From: Nemertoderma westbladi
Lineage: Eukaryota > Animalia > Xenacoelomorpha
Assembly (NCBI GenBank): GCA_032718475.1
Contig: JAUCBJ010008926.1
Location: 1 to 64,000, forward strand
DNA: 64,000 nucleotides
Direction of reading: 5' to 3'
Shown: in pieces, positions 51,301 through 63,346 of the stretch
Numbering within the stretch: position 1 is the first letter of the stretch
Layout: each line of letters opens with the position of its first letter
Made by a program: the position numbers and the translations under genes
The notes under the pieces: generated by a model
Seen by the model: only the letters and a program-made list of their open reading frames with translations
What the model was told of the DNA's origin: nothing
The model's database searches: none

Positions 51301-51878
51301 ATTTACAAAAGTATAATAATGTAGAATGGCTTCGTTGTACAAATATGACTGCGATCGATATGGGTGAACATGTTAGTCAGTAACTGGCAGTGAGTGGTTA
51401 ACTACAATATTGTTTTCCAAAATTTCACACATCTAGGGTGAAAGAGGATAAATATATGAACTTGAAATTTTTAGGGCCACCCTATTTACAAGATATACCC
51501 ACCCATCTAGACTCACATCTCACACTGGTTGTTTAAAATTAGGAACCAAGTTTACTGGGAAACAGAATGGAGGTGTGTACTGTGGAAGATCAAAGATCAC
51601 CCACGGTGGTGAACATGCGAATGAGTCTAAGATTATCCTAAGCAAACATTATTAGTGCTTAAACTTATTACATAGGCTGGATTACATCAGACACCCGCAA
51701 AGTCTACGTCCGGTTGCCAGACAACAGGATTATTCTAGACCAATGGGGGACATGGATCTACTGACCTCGTACGACAGAGATTATACCGAGAAGAGGGGCG
51801 GCCGCGCTGAGATTATAACTCACGCAGAAGGTCTACGGAAAACGGATATTCCATTCGTAGCTGAACCGACTTATATGT
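38705..51878 (+). CDS. SAXO: Stabilizer of axonemal microtubules (SAXO/FAM154 family); exons 38705-38745, 46612-46791, 51676-51878; 3' exons not located
   Basis: GT-AG, phase-compatible splicing gives MVVKRCICEICNCG-RHRCPLHP...TEYVDKY...PMEGDTTSR-LDYIRHP...GDMDLLTSYDRDY...PTY, matching the SAXO1/2 N-terminal CICExCxCGRHxCP signature and Mn-repeat motifs; GTGAGT donor at 51879. Confidence 0.88.
39430..39503 (+). pseudogene. tRNA-derived pseudogene or SINE head
   Basis: TAGCTCAGTTGGCAGAGC D-arm/A box; CTTGGAA anticodon-like loop; degenerate T arm (GAATTCAATCC); acceptor stem pairs poorly. Confidence 0.55.
40581..41325. mobile_element. Uninterrupted copy of the dispersed repeat at 30416-35250 (inverted)
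   Basis: Collinear reverse-complement match lacking all three insertions. Confidence 0.85.
43900..44730 (-). mobile_element. Older diverged relative of the HINE-like element
   Basis: Shares subunits (CTGATGGTGTCTGAAAGTCTCT) and the end CCGCCAACTTCGTCGCTCACCCCACA; left boundary approximate. Confidence 0.6.
45261..46556 (+). mobile_element. HINE/DINE-1-like element, copy 3, in SAXO intron 1
   Basis: Reverse complement of 30575-31850; TGTGGGGCGAGCCACGAAG...(GTC)n...GCCCCACTTCGTGTT, T-rich flanks. Confidence 0.65.
47524..49882 (-). CDS. TRMT11: tRNA (guanine(10)-N2)-methyltransferase; exons 49882-48833 and 47850-47524 (~458 aa)
   Basis: YSLKTRSFIGTTSMDPEL, DPFVGTG, FDAVIADPPYGVRE, GGRLVYWLP, SRRLITMEK; phase-0 GT-AG intron 48832-47851. 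Start chosen at MKALLHY; an upstream in-frame ATG exists at 50005. Confidence 0.93.
48425..48740. repeat. Degenerate ~23-bp tandem repeat in the TRMT11 intron
   Basis: Recurrent ATAAAG(T/C)ATTCTCA...CCGC motifs. Confidence 0.6.
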
Positions 51879-52965
51879 GTGAGTATCTTTTAATTATATT
51901 TAACATAAATAGCAAGTAGTAACGTAAGCAAGTAACGAAAAAACCTGAGATTAAACTGAAATCCAAAAGTAAGTAAAATTATTTAGCAAACGAACAACTT
52001 TAATAAATTATTGAAATTAGTTGGAAATCTCAAACTGAAGTTATTTTTTTTACAATTTTTTTATACATTTAATATAATATGCAAAGAAAAAAAGCGTAAA
52101 ACTTTTCCAAGATTCAAAAATATATCATTAACATATCAGCAGATTTTTTGCGACAAAGAAATGTGCAATTACTTAATAGGATAACATAACAACACTCTTT
52201 ATATTTTATATTCCTTTATTATTCGTATCGCTTCGTTTTGCATCGCATAATCACTTAATCGTACAAAAAAGTATCTGTACACAAAAACGCAATAGAAATA
52301 ATTAATATAGGCATTATAGCTTTTCCTTGGGGAAATTCATTTCAGTTTTAATAAAACAAAAACATAATTTGAAGGGAAAAGGAATCATGTAACATTATAT
52401 TCGAATAAGAACCAAATAGCAACAAAACGATATAGGTAATATAACATATAACATACACCAGCCATTATATCACAACATTAGTTAGCAATTGCCACAGCAT
52501 GATAGACTGCAGGTCCAAATATTAGGTAAACATCTACAACCAAAATCTTACATATAGCAGTAAATAGCACTTTATGGAATACAATAGGAAGCATACATTT
52601 TTGTATATTTTACCATCAATAGGCCATTAATAGATATTATAAATGAATGTTAGCTTGGCAGTCCTCCATAAAAACGTCCTCTTCACAGCTTCAGGGTTTA
52701 CAATATCTATATGATCTTGTATAGATGCATTACAATAACCCAAACAGAATTGGCGAGTTGTCGGCCACTTAACTGCCGAATTTTTCAACTACATACGATT
52801 AAAATCATCAGAACTATCCATTAATCCATACCAGAACCGAATGCGCGCTATGTAACTAAAACGTTGAAAGTTATTTATCAGTCTACCTTATTGAATTAAT
52901 TCGCGCTGAAAAGTTCATTTACGAAATAATTTAGCGATTTTGCATCTTTTTAAACTAGTAAATTT

Positions 52966-53265
52966 CTACTCGAATTTTCCTAGAATGTCACCATCTCGGA
53001 AAATAAAATATTCTTCATTTTTAATCTCTATTTTGGTTCCTCCGTACTCCGGGAGTAGCACGTTGTCCCCGGGTTTCACACTGCAGGGTATCACAGTGTC
53101 CGATTGGTGACTCCGGGACCCCGGCCCGGTAGCTACAACCTCAGCTTCCAGCACTTTCCCCTGCGCTTTATCCGGAATCAGAATTCCGCCTTTTGATTTT
53201 GTCTCCGGGTTGAATCGTCGGACCAGAACTCGATCGAACAGAGGTTTTATCATTCTTCCAGACAT
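52966..53265 (-). CDS. HSPE1: 10 kDa chaperonin (Hsp10/Cpn10), intronless
   Basis: PLFDRVLV, KGGILIP, VVATGPG, VLLPEYGGTK, FRDGDILGK; complete 99-aa ORF. Confidence 0.96.
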   Translation of the reverse strand: MSGRMIKPLFDRVLVRRFNPETKSKGGILIPDKAQGKVLEAEVVATGPGSRSHQSDTVIPCSVKPGDNVLLPEYGGTKIEIKNEEYFIFRDGDILGKFE

Positions 53266-55083
53266 TATTTAATTCCGAATAATACGAAAATACAGCAGGT
53301 TTTAAACAGTCAAGAGTTCCAGAATCTGTCAAATCGGCCTAGCGTGATACTATACTGTAGGCCTAATCTGCTAATATAGAAAACAATTAACTGATTAACA
53401 AGGAAAGACACGTCTAGACGTTGCCTATCAATAGAGTCTAGAGTAATCAGGCAATAGCATAGACCAGTAGGCAGATAGGCCTCTCCCAGTATCCTGCTAA
53501 GTGCTATGATTTTCTTAATTTTTTATTGATAATTGCTTTGGTAAACTGTAAATTAACCGTTACCGGTCAGTTAGCAAAGCCAAACTAAACTATGATATGT
53601 GATTTACAAATAATGCTGTAATGTGAGTTGCATTGCGTTGCTTTATACTGTTATATTGGGTTGGTTCGTTACCGGTACTACTGTTTCGGTTAGTAAAGCC
53701 AAACTATGATACCTGCTATAACCAGATAACTGTATAAGCCTATGTCATGTCAGAGTCAGTTATGTACCTGTAGCTGTACAGCTGTACCAGTAGTACATAC
53801 AGACATAGTACTGTAGTACCGGTACCGACCGCGACAAAGTACAGATGTTAGGAATACTGCTGCACTGCAGCACTGGCTGACTGGCAGACTGGTTACTTTG
53901 ACAGTCTGGCTGGCAGCTGGAGCTCGCTAAAAATTGTAACAGGCAGACAGCGAGACAGGACACATTGACGCTGTAATTCACGTTTTCGGACATACCGGTA
54001 ATCAGATAATGTGACCGATTTTCATTTTTAATATTAAAGATAGGCCTACGGTCTGACGCCTGACGGTAGTTATCCAGTTATCCCAACAGCTGAACAGTGC
54101 AGCAGTGCACAGTGTGACAGTGAGATTCTAATTCCCAAGTAAATTTATGCGGAATGTTATGGCGACTCTATTCTACAGATTCTAATGCAGTAATGGCATA
54201 ATTCAGTAATTTTTAGAATGCCAATAGGTCTATAAAAATTGAAAATGTCACTGCCAGATTTCAAATGAAATTTAGCATTGTTTTCTATTGAGAAATTTCA
54301 CTCTGCGTCTGAGAGCGTTTACCTGTTTTCCGCGGATACATTCTGGGTGTAATGTAAATTGGACGAATTGTGACCAGTGTTCCAGAGTCCTGAGCCGGCA
54401 GCCTGACTGTGTAGTCCTACTGTCCTAACCCACAGACCCAGCAGCCCAGTAACTGGTAACCGTGAACCGGTACTGCTGTACTGTAAATTTAAACACACGA
54501 ACACTGGAACACACACAGTCGCCAGTTCTGCAATACACCAATAGCTGAATAGCCTCCACCGCCAGCCTAGGCCTACAGGCTACAGCTTGCAGCTGTACAG
54601 CATTACAGGCCCTTCCCTACCGTACCTGCCTACTGCCCTACATTACAAAGTATAATACTGTAATAAGCCAAAGCCACTCTTGCTGACAATTTTATTGTCT
54701 GATTACTGTTCTTTATTCTTGCTGTATTCAGGCAGTCAGGTATTATTATTAGCGCTTGTGGTACAGGCTTAGTGGTAGAGCAGAAGAGTAGTGCAGTAGT
54801 GCGGTACGTTTGTCAGTCTGTGTGATTTGCATTGCGTTGCGTTTGAGTCCTGTTGGCCTACAGCTGTACGTACAGCTACAGTAGCATCATACAGGTATAC
54901 TGGCAGACTGGGAATAAAGAATTATGCAGAATGAATAGAATGTTTGGTGATGGTGGTATATTTAAAAATAAACAGAATATATAAAGACTCACGATTCAAA
55001 ACTCATCAATAATTTATACCGAATAAACCGAACTGCACACTGTTCTCTAGGTTGTTCTTTTTGTTACGTAACAGTAAGCAAAA

Positions 55084-55506
55084 TACACTTTTTTTCTTTA
55101 TAAGAACCAGTAGAATTTTGCCGAGCCTCATGTTCTTAAAATATCTCGAACTTTCAGCCTCAAATGTTCTTAAACTGTTCTTGCATTACAGTAGGCATAC
55201 TGTACTGTACCATAAGTATCAAACATTGTCTGATTATAGTTGTACCGATTTGACTTATTTTGTTGCAGTAAACAATTGTACAGTAGCTGTAGCCTACTGT
55301 ATACTTATAGGCAAATGTTGATTTGTATATTTAGTTTGCTATTAAAATTTCGAAATCTGATTTATCTGCATCTGGAGCTTATCGATTTTACTTAACTCAC
55401 TTTGTAGAATCTGAGCCTCAAGTTGTTCTTGGAAACGTTCTTAATTTTTTCGCGAATTCGAGCCTCGTGTTCTAATAAACTGTGTTCTTATAAAAAAAAA
55501 AGTGTA
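55084..55506. mobile_element. ~420-bp MITE
   Basis: TIRs TACACTTTTTTTCTTTATAAGAAC / GTTCTTATAAAAAAAAAAGTGTA. Confidence 0.65.
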
Positions 55507-55596
55507 TCTTATTCCATGTACGCTACAGTACTTACTTAGTATGCTTTCCTGGTGGGGTGCATGTACAGTAACATCAGATAATCGGGTATCTTCTGC

Positions 55597-56480
55597 AGCC
55601 CATGAGACATTGTTGTCTCATGGGCTATTTTTTTTTCAGAAAAAAAATAGATTTTTCATTTTCAATCCCCCTGGTGCAGATTTTTATGAGGATTTCAAAA
55701 CTGCAAACCGTTTGGTAATAGCTAATGTCGTTCAAAATTCATGAGTGATAATGTTAACCTTACTCAGAGTAAATATCTGTAAAAACTGTCTGTCTGGGAT
55801 TGTTTTTCTGACGGTTTGTCCGTCACAATATAACAATGGGGGTTATGTTATGGGGGTTTTCCTGGTCACTGATTTCATTCCAAACGTTAGTTGTTTTCAC
55901 TTTTAACGAAAACTATTATGTCTAGCTATATCTGTCTGTCCGACAATCTGGCTGTCTGTCAAAATATAAGGAGTTCATACCACCTAGCTAAAACTGGTTT
56001 CGATTTAGGTTTTATTGTTCGCTGATTTCATTTCTGAAGTCAGGTTTTATATTAGTAAAGTCTATTATGTCTGATTGTCGGTCTGTCTGTATGTCCGTCT
56101 GTCAGTCTGTCAAAATATAAGGAAAGCATTCCAACAAGGTAAAAGTTTTGTTATGGGGGTTATTCTTGTTGCTGATTTCATTTACGACGTCAGTGTTTAC
56201 TTTTAACAAAACCTACTATGTCTGTATCACTGTATGTCTGCCTGTGTGTTTTTCTGTCTGTCCAGCGATCTGTGTTATTTTGTTATGGGGTTTTCATGGT
56301 TGGTGATTTCATTTCCGATGTCAGTTTTCATATTTGATGTCATCAATCTGTTTGTCTGTTCAGCTGTAGGTTTTTGACGGCCAGACCGACAGCAATGACA
56401 GACAGACATGACTCTGTTAAATGAGTAAACTGAGTTTAGAAATGAAATCGCCGACCTGGAAAACCCCTGCAACAAAATTT
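55597..56480. repeat. Degenerate element with a terminal hairpin and ~120-bp subunits containing (GTCT)n
   Basis: Hairpin AGCCCATGAGACA-TTGT-TGTCTCATGGGCT at 55597-55626; repeated GCTGATTTCATT and TGTCTGTC blocks. Confidence 0.55.
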
Positions 56481-56795
56481 TCATCTGGGTTGTGTGCATT
56501 CTAGCATTTCAATGGACATAATTACCGTTGCTGTAAACTTTAAATGCGCTTTCTGAAGAATGCAAATTTTAAATTTCAAAATGCAAAGGATTTTCTAAAA
56601 ATGAACGAATTTGTGTGAAATTTAGCACAAATTATGACTGGGTGCTGCTTAACACCTCCTATGACAACTTTTTCGATTTTCATTGTTGTAGCAGAAATAT
56701 TTAACCAAATGTGTGAATTTTTGGTCAAAAATTGCAAAATCTGTAAAAATTTGGCAAAAATGGGTTTTTTATTAAATTAATTTTTAAAGATGTTA

Positions 56796-57145
56796 GGACA
56801 ATTGCGACCTGGGCAATTGCGACCCGGATAATTGCGACCCGGACAATTGCGACCCATGATTTTGGTAAAAATTTATGGGTCGCAATTGTCCGGGTCGCAA
56901 TTGTCAGGGTCGCAATTGTCAGGGTCGCAATTGTCCGGGTCGCAATTGTCAATGATATACAATGATACAACGATATTTATCAATGTTGTACATTACATCT
57001 TTTTATCTGGCTCCGGACAATTGCGACCCGGACAATTGCGACCCATGATTTTGGTAAAAATTTATGGGTCGCAATTGTCCGGGTCGCAATTGTCCGGGTC
57101 GCAATTGTTCGGGTCGCAATTGTCCGGGTCGCAATTGTCCGGACT
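56796..57145. repeat. Two foldback MITE-like units made of inverted 15-bp repeats
   Basis: (GGACAATTGCGACCC)n - ATGATTTTGGTAAAAATTTAT - (GGGTCGCAATTGTCC)n at ~56796-56950 and ~57012-57145. Confidence 0.85.
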
Positions 57146-57847
57146 CCATTTTTAAACATAAGCATTTATCAAAATTCTGGTAATAGGATCGATTGACGAT
57201 ATCATTGTGCACAAATGATGAAATTTTGGTCACCAGTAGAAATTAATAATTTCTAAAAATGTGTCAATAAATTTGGGTAGGCCCCTAAATCGAAGTCTCC
57301 TAAATAAGGGAACGAAAGTTTTAATTAATTAGCCCCCCCCCCCCCCCCCCCCTTGCCCTTAAGCAACAGTACAGACTAGAAGGTGTTTTTTAACCCCTCC
57401 CATCCTTTTAACCTCCCATAGATTATTTTAATGCATACCATTATTCTTCTGGCTGTAGATCACCTAATCCAAGATCCTGCTGGCGGCGCAGGTTCAATCC
57501 CAAGTATACAGTACTGTATATTTGCACTACTGTTAGTGCCCTTTTCTAGGCTATGCACTTACTGTAGACACTAGCCGCAGTGTAAAGTAGGGTCTGTTCA
57601 ATTCTACGATGACAATCACCGGCAAGTCTTATTGTCGTTCCTGTAGGGTTGTGCTGGGTTTGGGCAATTCTCGGTCACAAGCTAAATAGTACAATAACCT
57701 GTTTGTTAAATGAACATTGTATTTTGTATTTTATGCCATAAAACTACTGTAAATGATTGGTTGTTATTATTTGAAAGGCGAAATACAATATACAGTAGCT
57801 TTTGTTATAAATACAAAATAATACTAATATGTAATTTTGTAAATCCA

Positions 57848-58720
57848 TTAACATACGGTAATTCCATATTTTTGATAAGTTTGCCATAAACCCCAACCCT
57901 TTAAGGTATTTTTAAATCTATTGGAACTCATAAGACCGATATGCGAGAATAGAGGGGGTATAACAGCATACTGTTTCCCTATTGGACGTTGCCTAGCAAC
58001 AAAGTCATCGATCGATAAATCAACCGCTTTTTCCCCAGTACAACCCGCGTTGGACAAATGTTTTACTAAAGGGGTAACCATTCGTAACGGGTAGAGGACC
58101 GCTGGTATGCAGCATTCGTAAGCAGGGGTCACCCTATATCCATTGTATGGCAGAAAGTTCTCCACGAAATGAAACTGGTAGGCATTTTGTCTTCCCATTA
58201 ACAGAGTAATAATTAGGGAACATATCGAGACACTAGCGATGAATCTCAACCATTGGATGTCCATATGCCAGTATTGGGTTAGAATGAATGTTATGCATAC
58301 GGCGAACAAGGTATATACTGCTGTACATTTGAGCAATTCGTTAATTCGGAACAGGTCAAATCCGAATCCTTGCCAGTAGGTAGGCCAGTAGAGTTTGATA
58401 AGGTGCCACTCCGGCCCTTCCTCAAGGTCACCTCTGCGGATCATTTGGTTCACTTTGAAATCTAGAATGTGATCAAGTTTATTGAAAATATTATCTTTGG
58501 CCAGTGCATCATCCTCTAGTACTATCACATATTCAGCCGCGTAATCTAGTGATTGGTTAAGACAGGAGTAGTAATCGATGTTTTGTTGTTTATTGTAGTT
58601 ATCGAGTTGTGTTTGCGAGGTTATATTTATTACGTTGACTGATTTTGAGACAAGTTTGATGTGATCTTCTGTGCTTCCTGCATCGCATACGGTTAGCTTC
58701 GTGTCGTTTCTTTGTTTCAC
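57848..58720 (-). CDS. PGAP4: GPI GalNAc transferase PGAP4/TMEM246-like, terminal exon (5' exon not located)
   Basis: YVIVLEDDA, KLYWPTYWQGF, two hydrophobic segments, CCIPAVLYP, PPLFSHIGLMSS; begins at acceptor TATCCACAG/G. Confidence 0.85.
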   Translation of the reverse strand: MKQRNDTKLTVCDAGSTEDHIKLVSKSVNVINITSQTQLDNYNKQQNIDYYSCLNQSLDYAAEYVIVLEDDALAKDNIFNKLDHILDFKVNQMIRRGDLEEGPEWHLIKLYWPTYWQGFGFDLFRINELLKCTAVYTLFAVCITFILTQYWHMDIQWLRFIASVSICSLIITLLMGRQNAYQFHFVENFLPYNGYRVTPAYECCIPAVLYPLRMVTPLVKHLSNAGCTGEKAVDLSIDDFVARQRPIGKQYAVIPPLFSHIGLMSSNRFKNTLKGWGLWQTYQKYGITVC

Positions 58721-59061
58721 CTGTGGATAAATATGTTTTAGTGGAAAAGGGAATTCTTTTATAGGCCTACAGTACTGTAGTACAGTACACGTTCGTGGAG
58801 CCTTCGCGCAGCACGAGGCCCAGTTATGAGATACAAATTAAAATTGTGCGACTGTATCACAAAATCAGGTTATGAGAGATTAACCCACACCACCAATTAA
58901 TCAAAGAAAGGGGGACAGTACGTGTTCACCCCTTTTAATCTGCACCCCCCCCCCCCCCCCCCTCCCCCACCCACCAATACATAACCGCGACATCTACCAC
59001 CCACGGAAGGGTAGCACGAACTTATTTCCAAACGCACGTTCAATATGCAAAGCCAGGTGGT

Positions 59062-59520
59062 TTATAGGAATATAATCAATGCAGTACTCGTCTTCATTAT
59101 AAGCCTCTTTGCGTTCGACCTGCTTTGTATTAAAATATATTTATTAAACGCAGGCTGACGCTCTTTATAATAATAATACCTAGGGATGCCAGCTTCCAGA
59201 CTTTCAATCTTTACTGCCACGCAAACCCCGCAGAGGAAGTTTTGGTTTGAGAGATCAAGCCCATCGGCAATTGGTGTTTCAATTTCGGTCCAGGAACTCT
59301 GACAATGGGAGCATTCAATCTTAGCTGTGGTCCATTCCCGTGGTTTCGGCTTCCTTTTCTTCGTCCCAATGACAGATTCTTCTGAAGACGTTCGATTCGC
59401 TTTCAGTTTATTGTTGGCGTTTGTGTTTTGAAGTTGTATTCGAGTGGACAGTCGCGCCGGTTTCGAGGTAACCATACCGACCTGTGATAAGCGTTGGTTT
59501 TGTTGAGTGCCGGTATTCAT
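59062..59520 (-). mobile_element. 5' fragment of a LINE-like ORF1 (PHD-like Cys motif)
   Basis: KIECSHC...FLCGVC followed by a short coiled-coil-like KIESLE, then abrupt loss of coding character. Confidence 0.45.
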
Positions 59521-59761
59521 CTTCTCTCACCTCTTCAATGTCAGATGTTGCAAATACTGATAACACGAATAACGGTATATATTTCAATACTTGTCAATAG
59601 TAATATATATAATTTAGATAACTATTTTATATCTGTACTGTTGAGCAAACTCTACATAAATTTCAACCTGTGTATCGCCGGTAGTGCTGTTGCTGTGCAA
59701 GTGCTGAAGTGCTAGTTGCCACCGGTCACGCGGTCAGCCGGTACCGGTAGTAGGGTGGTAC

Positions 59762-61848
59762 CATGGCCTACTACACACAGGCCATGACAAGGACTTGCCG
59801 TGAAATTAGCGTAGGCTGACTGATGAATTATCAAATATTATATTTTCCACGAATGCAGGGTCCATATTTAAAAGAAGATGACTAGATTTTCGTAAAGAAT
59901 TTAATTGAAACAGTATTTAATAATTAATAAATTAATTATCGCTCGAGTTCCTGCAGCTTTTATTCGTTTGTGGCTGCCTCTGGCTATGTTTGTGGCAGGA
60001 ATGTTTGAACGCTAATAAGTCGGTCAATCATGGATGAAATGGAACCAAACTTGGTACTCATGTAGTCTATAAAAAATTTAGAAATTCTACACACAGACAG
60101 ACTTCTACAGTTCCCCGGTCTGCCGCTAGGGGGCGAATTAACAGAAACGTAAAAATAGCTGTAATTATAGAACCAACGATCAGATTCATCTGAAATTTAG
60201 TAGTAGTTACCTAAGAGCATTGCTTAATTAGAAATTCTACAGAGACTTTTACAGTTCCTGTCTGCCGCTAGTGGGGAATTGTTAGAGCTCCAGTTCAACG
60301 TGCTTAGCACGGTTTAATAAACAATCAATTAATTATTTTATTCAATACAGTAATTATAACAGTAAAATGCAATGTATTCTATTTTTTAGTGAAATCAAGA
60401 GGCAGGATGGGGGTGGGACTGGACGCAAATCCCATCTTGGCGAATTAATATCCCGCCTCAAGGTTATCGTTCATATGCGTACCTCTGGCAAAAGAAGCAG
60501 GTTACAGTGGTGGTGTTTTCTAACCAAAACAATAAACTAATCTCCATTACTTAATTAACGGAAAGGAGCAGGTTACAGTGGTGGGCTTTTCTAACCAAAA
60601 CAATAAACAATATCTCAATAACATAGGGTATTTCATACTTATAGTCTTATTTTTGCAATACGAAAATACCAGAGGTATGCATATGAACTATAACTCGCCT
60701 CAATATTAATTTCTCAATTTTGGGAAAGGAGCAGGTTACAGTGGCACGTTATTTTAACCAAAACAATAAAGTAAACACAATAGAACAGGTTACAGTTTTA
60801 TTTTTGAGAGTAATCACCTGTTGTTATTTGCGTCCAATTTCCCCTGGAGAGGGATGAATTTTTATTGCGTCCAGTCCCCCCCCCCCCCCCCCCTATCTTG
60901 AAATCAAATACCAAAAATATATTTATTATATGAACAATCTATTTGGAAATTGTAAGTTCGGCCTATATCTTTACCATAAGCTCAGTATCTTTATCTGGTG
61001 TGTTTTTATTATTTTACCAATTATTTAATATGTTTGATAGAATTGAACAACACCGCCCAACACAACCAACTCTCTATCCGCCTCGAGCATCGAGAATACG
61101 AGAAACTCGATCGAAATACCTGCTTATCCCAGTAGTATCCGTCCGTAGTCACCGGACCGCTGTGGTTTACTCCCGTAGAACAGTAGAATTCCCGCAGCTT
61201 CCGACCCAATTCGACAACGAATTCGCTTCACACTTTCGCGTCACAGAGAACGTAATCCAGTGCGATAACGTCTGCCCAACGTTCAACCATTTCCCCCAGG
61301 CGATCCCAGGATCCGGGCCGCCGCTAAACCCAGATCGCAATCCTCGTCGATTCGTCCAGTCGTCGACGTATGTCAGTAAGTGGGATTCTTCCCACCGCAC
61401 TCCAAGGTGGGTGACCGGAGTGAGGCATGAGGAACTTGGCAGTGGCCCGCATTACGATCTGAACGACCGCCGTATTCCCAGTGTCTGAGTGTAGTAAATA
61501 CCCAAATATAATCGTACTGACAAACAAGCAATTCCGTAGTATTCCCCCGTTAATCACCTCTTGAAGCAACTCGGCTGCTCGAGTCCAGATACATCGGACT
61601 GTCGGGAGCGTTTCAGACAGTAATGGAGCGGCATTTGCGAATATTTCCAATGGTTTTATAATAAATAAGGGGATTCAACAGTTCAATGCTAAAACAAATG
61701 GATTATTCCTAACCCCACCCCAATACAGCAATATACCTAACAGTATATAGCTTAGGTACCACAGTCTGACAGTACCATAATCAGCACAGTCAGCCTACGC
61801 TAATTTCACAGCAAAGTCCTTGTCATGGCCTGTGTGTAGTAGGCCATG
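59762..61848. mobile_element. Non-autonomous DNA transposon with ~60-bp TIRs and 8-bp TSD (P-element-like)
   Basis: TIR CATGGCCTACTACACACAGGCCATGACAAGGACTT...GTAGGCTGACTG, inverted at ~61788-61848; TSD GGTGGTAC at 59754-59761 and 61849-61856. Confidence 0.85.
61021..61650 (-). pseudogene. Unidentified ~209-codon frame with two in-frame stops, inside the P-like element
   Basis: ORFs 61324-61650 and 61021-61209 are the same frame, joined by *RRPGSWDRLGEMVERWADVIALDYVLCDAKV*SEFVVEL; GC-richer than flanks. Confidence 0.45.
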
Positions 61849-63346
61849 GGTGGTACCTACGGTACGCACTACAACGGCAGTACAGCAATACGGCTGTACG
61901 GTGTACCGTGCCAATGACTGAATGATTAGCGGTAACTATCTAAACTATTACTGTATTATATTATTATTACCGGTGCCGGTACTGGGCTAATTAGGCCTAA
62001 ACTATAATCACCGCAAGGGTTATTGCTGTTCGCGCTTTCAGACTTTTGGCAGTTTAACCCACCAAATTAAGATGTCTTCTAGATATTAAATCAGTTTTTA
62101 GTCTATGACAAGTATTTGATTCACTACACTAGTCGAAACCAATCCGTGCGCGACCATTCACCCGCTGGAGATTCCCGGGAGATTGGGTTCGACGGTTTAA
62201 TTTTATTGCTATGTAAGCCTAATGTATTATTCGACTGACAGTATTATATAATCTCTGACAATATTATTCACCTTCGGGAATATTAACAGTTCCTTTAGGA
62301 CGTGGCGCTTTATCTATATAAACAGAGTTATGACTTAAACTACTCACAACGATATGGCTTAATTATAATTCACATATATGGCGCATTCTTTAGGAATTGC
62401 TTCTTTAACAGACTCGCTCATACGCAATGCTGCACAATACTGCACACTAATCTGCCAATCTTCACTGATTTTAGTCACATATAAAAGGAACACAGACTGA
62501 CTCATGTAGGGTCTATCAAATAACATTAGATTCACTTCAAACCACTTTAACATAAGTCACAATCGTTATTGGTAACCTTTCTCTCTTACCTTAGGTATAT
62601 CAAGAATATTGGGTATCGGGGTTATTTCTCGTTATTCCAATATAATAATTCATCAACCATATTATGAAGAACTGACAGTAAATAGCAGTATAACAATATA
62701 AAAGTATGCACAGGTTGTTTGATTAGGTATGATATGTCAGCAGTCCATATTGATCATCAGTCAGCATGTATGCCGGTCCGCAGGTTAAAGGATATATGTC
62801 CTTGTAATTAAACCTACTAGTGTAAGACTAAAAACAGTAAAGCACAAAATACTTCCAAGCCGTTCTTTCTTTGGCTCAGGACTGAATGTAAACACTGCAC
62901 AGTGCACATAGGCATTGCGTCATTTCTCGGAAATTTTCTGTACAAGGAGCCACAAAAACGCTCTAATTGGCTGACTGAACTGAGAGACGCCGTAGAACAA
63001 AGGAAATCAACACGTATGAATGTCAGCTGTTAACCGTAGTCATAGTAACTACTGTTCAAGAGTAGCTATCACCCCTTTGCGTCACGAATTGCCATAGAAT
63101 CATAAAATATGCCTTTCACAGTACACATACGGAGGAAATAGGTCTTAGATCCTCTAAAAACACCGATACAGCAATAATACGGTCTCTTACACTTATTAAA
63201 TCAACTACAGAGTATTTTAATGTAAAAGATAATAAAAATAACGGGGCAATTCAGCAAAGGCTTTTACACCGCTACCAGAAAATGGGATTTTCAGTCTATA
63301 AAATATAAAAATCACAGTTTCTAAAACATAAAGATACTCTAAACAG

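Noticed and set aside
56725-57233. TIATR/SGSQL repeat proteins
   Set aside because: Translations of a 15-bp foldback repeat.
60943-61488. 181-aa plus-strand ORF, or the missing PGAP4 5' exon
   Set aside because: Lies inside the TIR element, has no PGAP4 or SAXO motifs, and is probably a shadow of the minus-strand frame.
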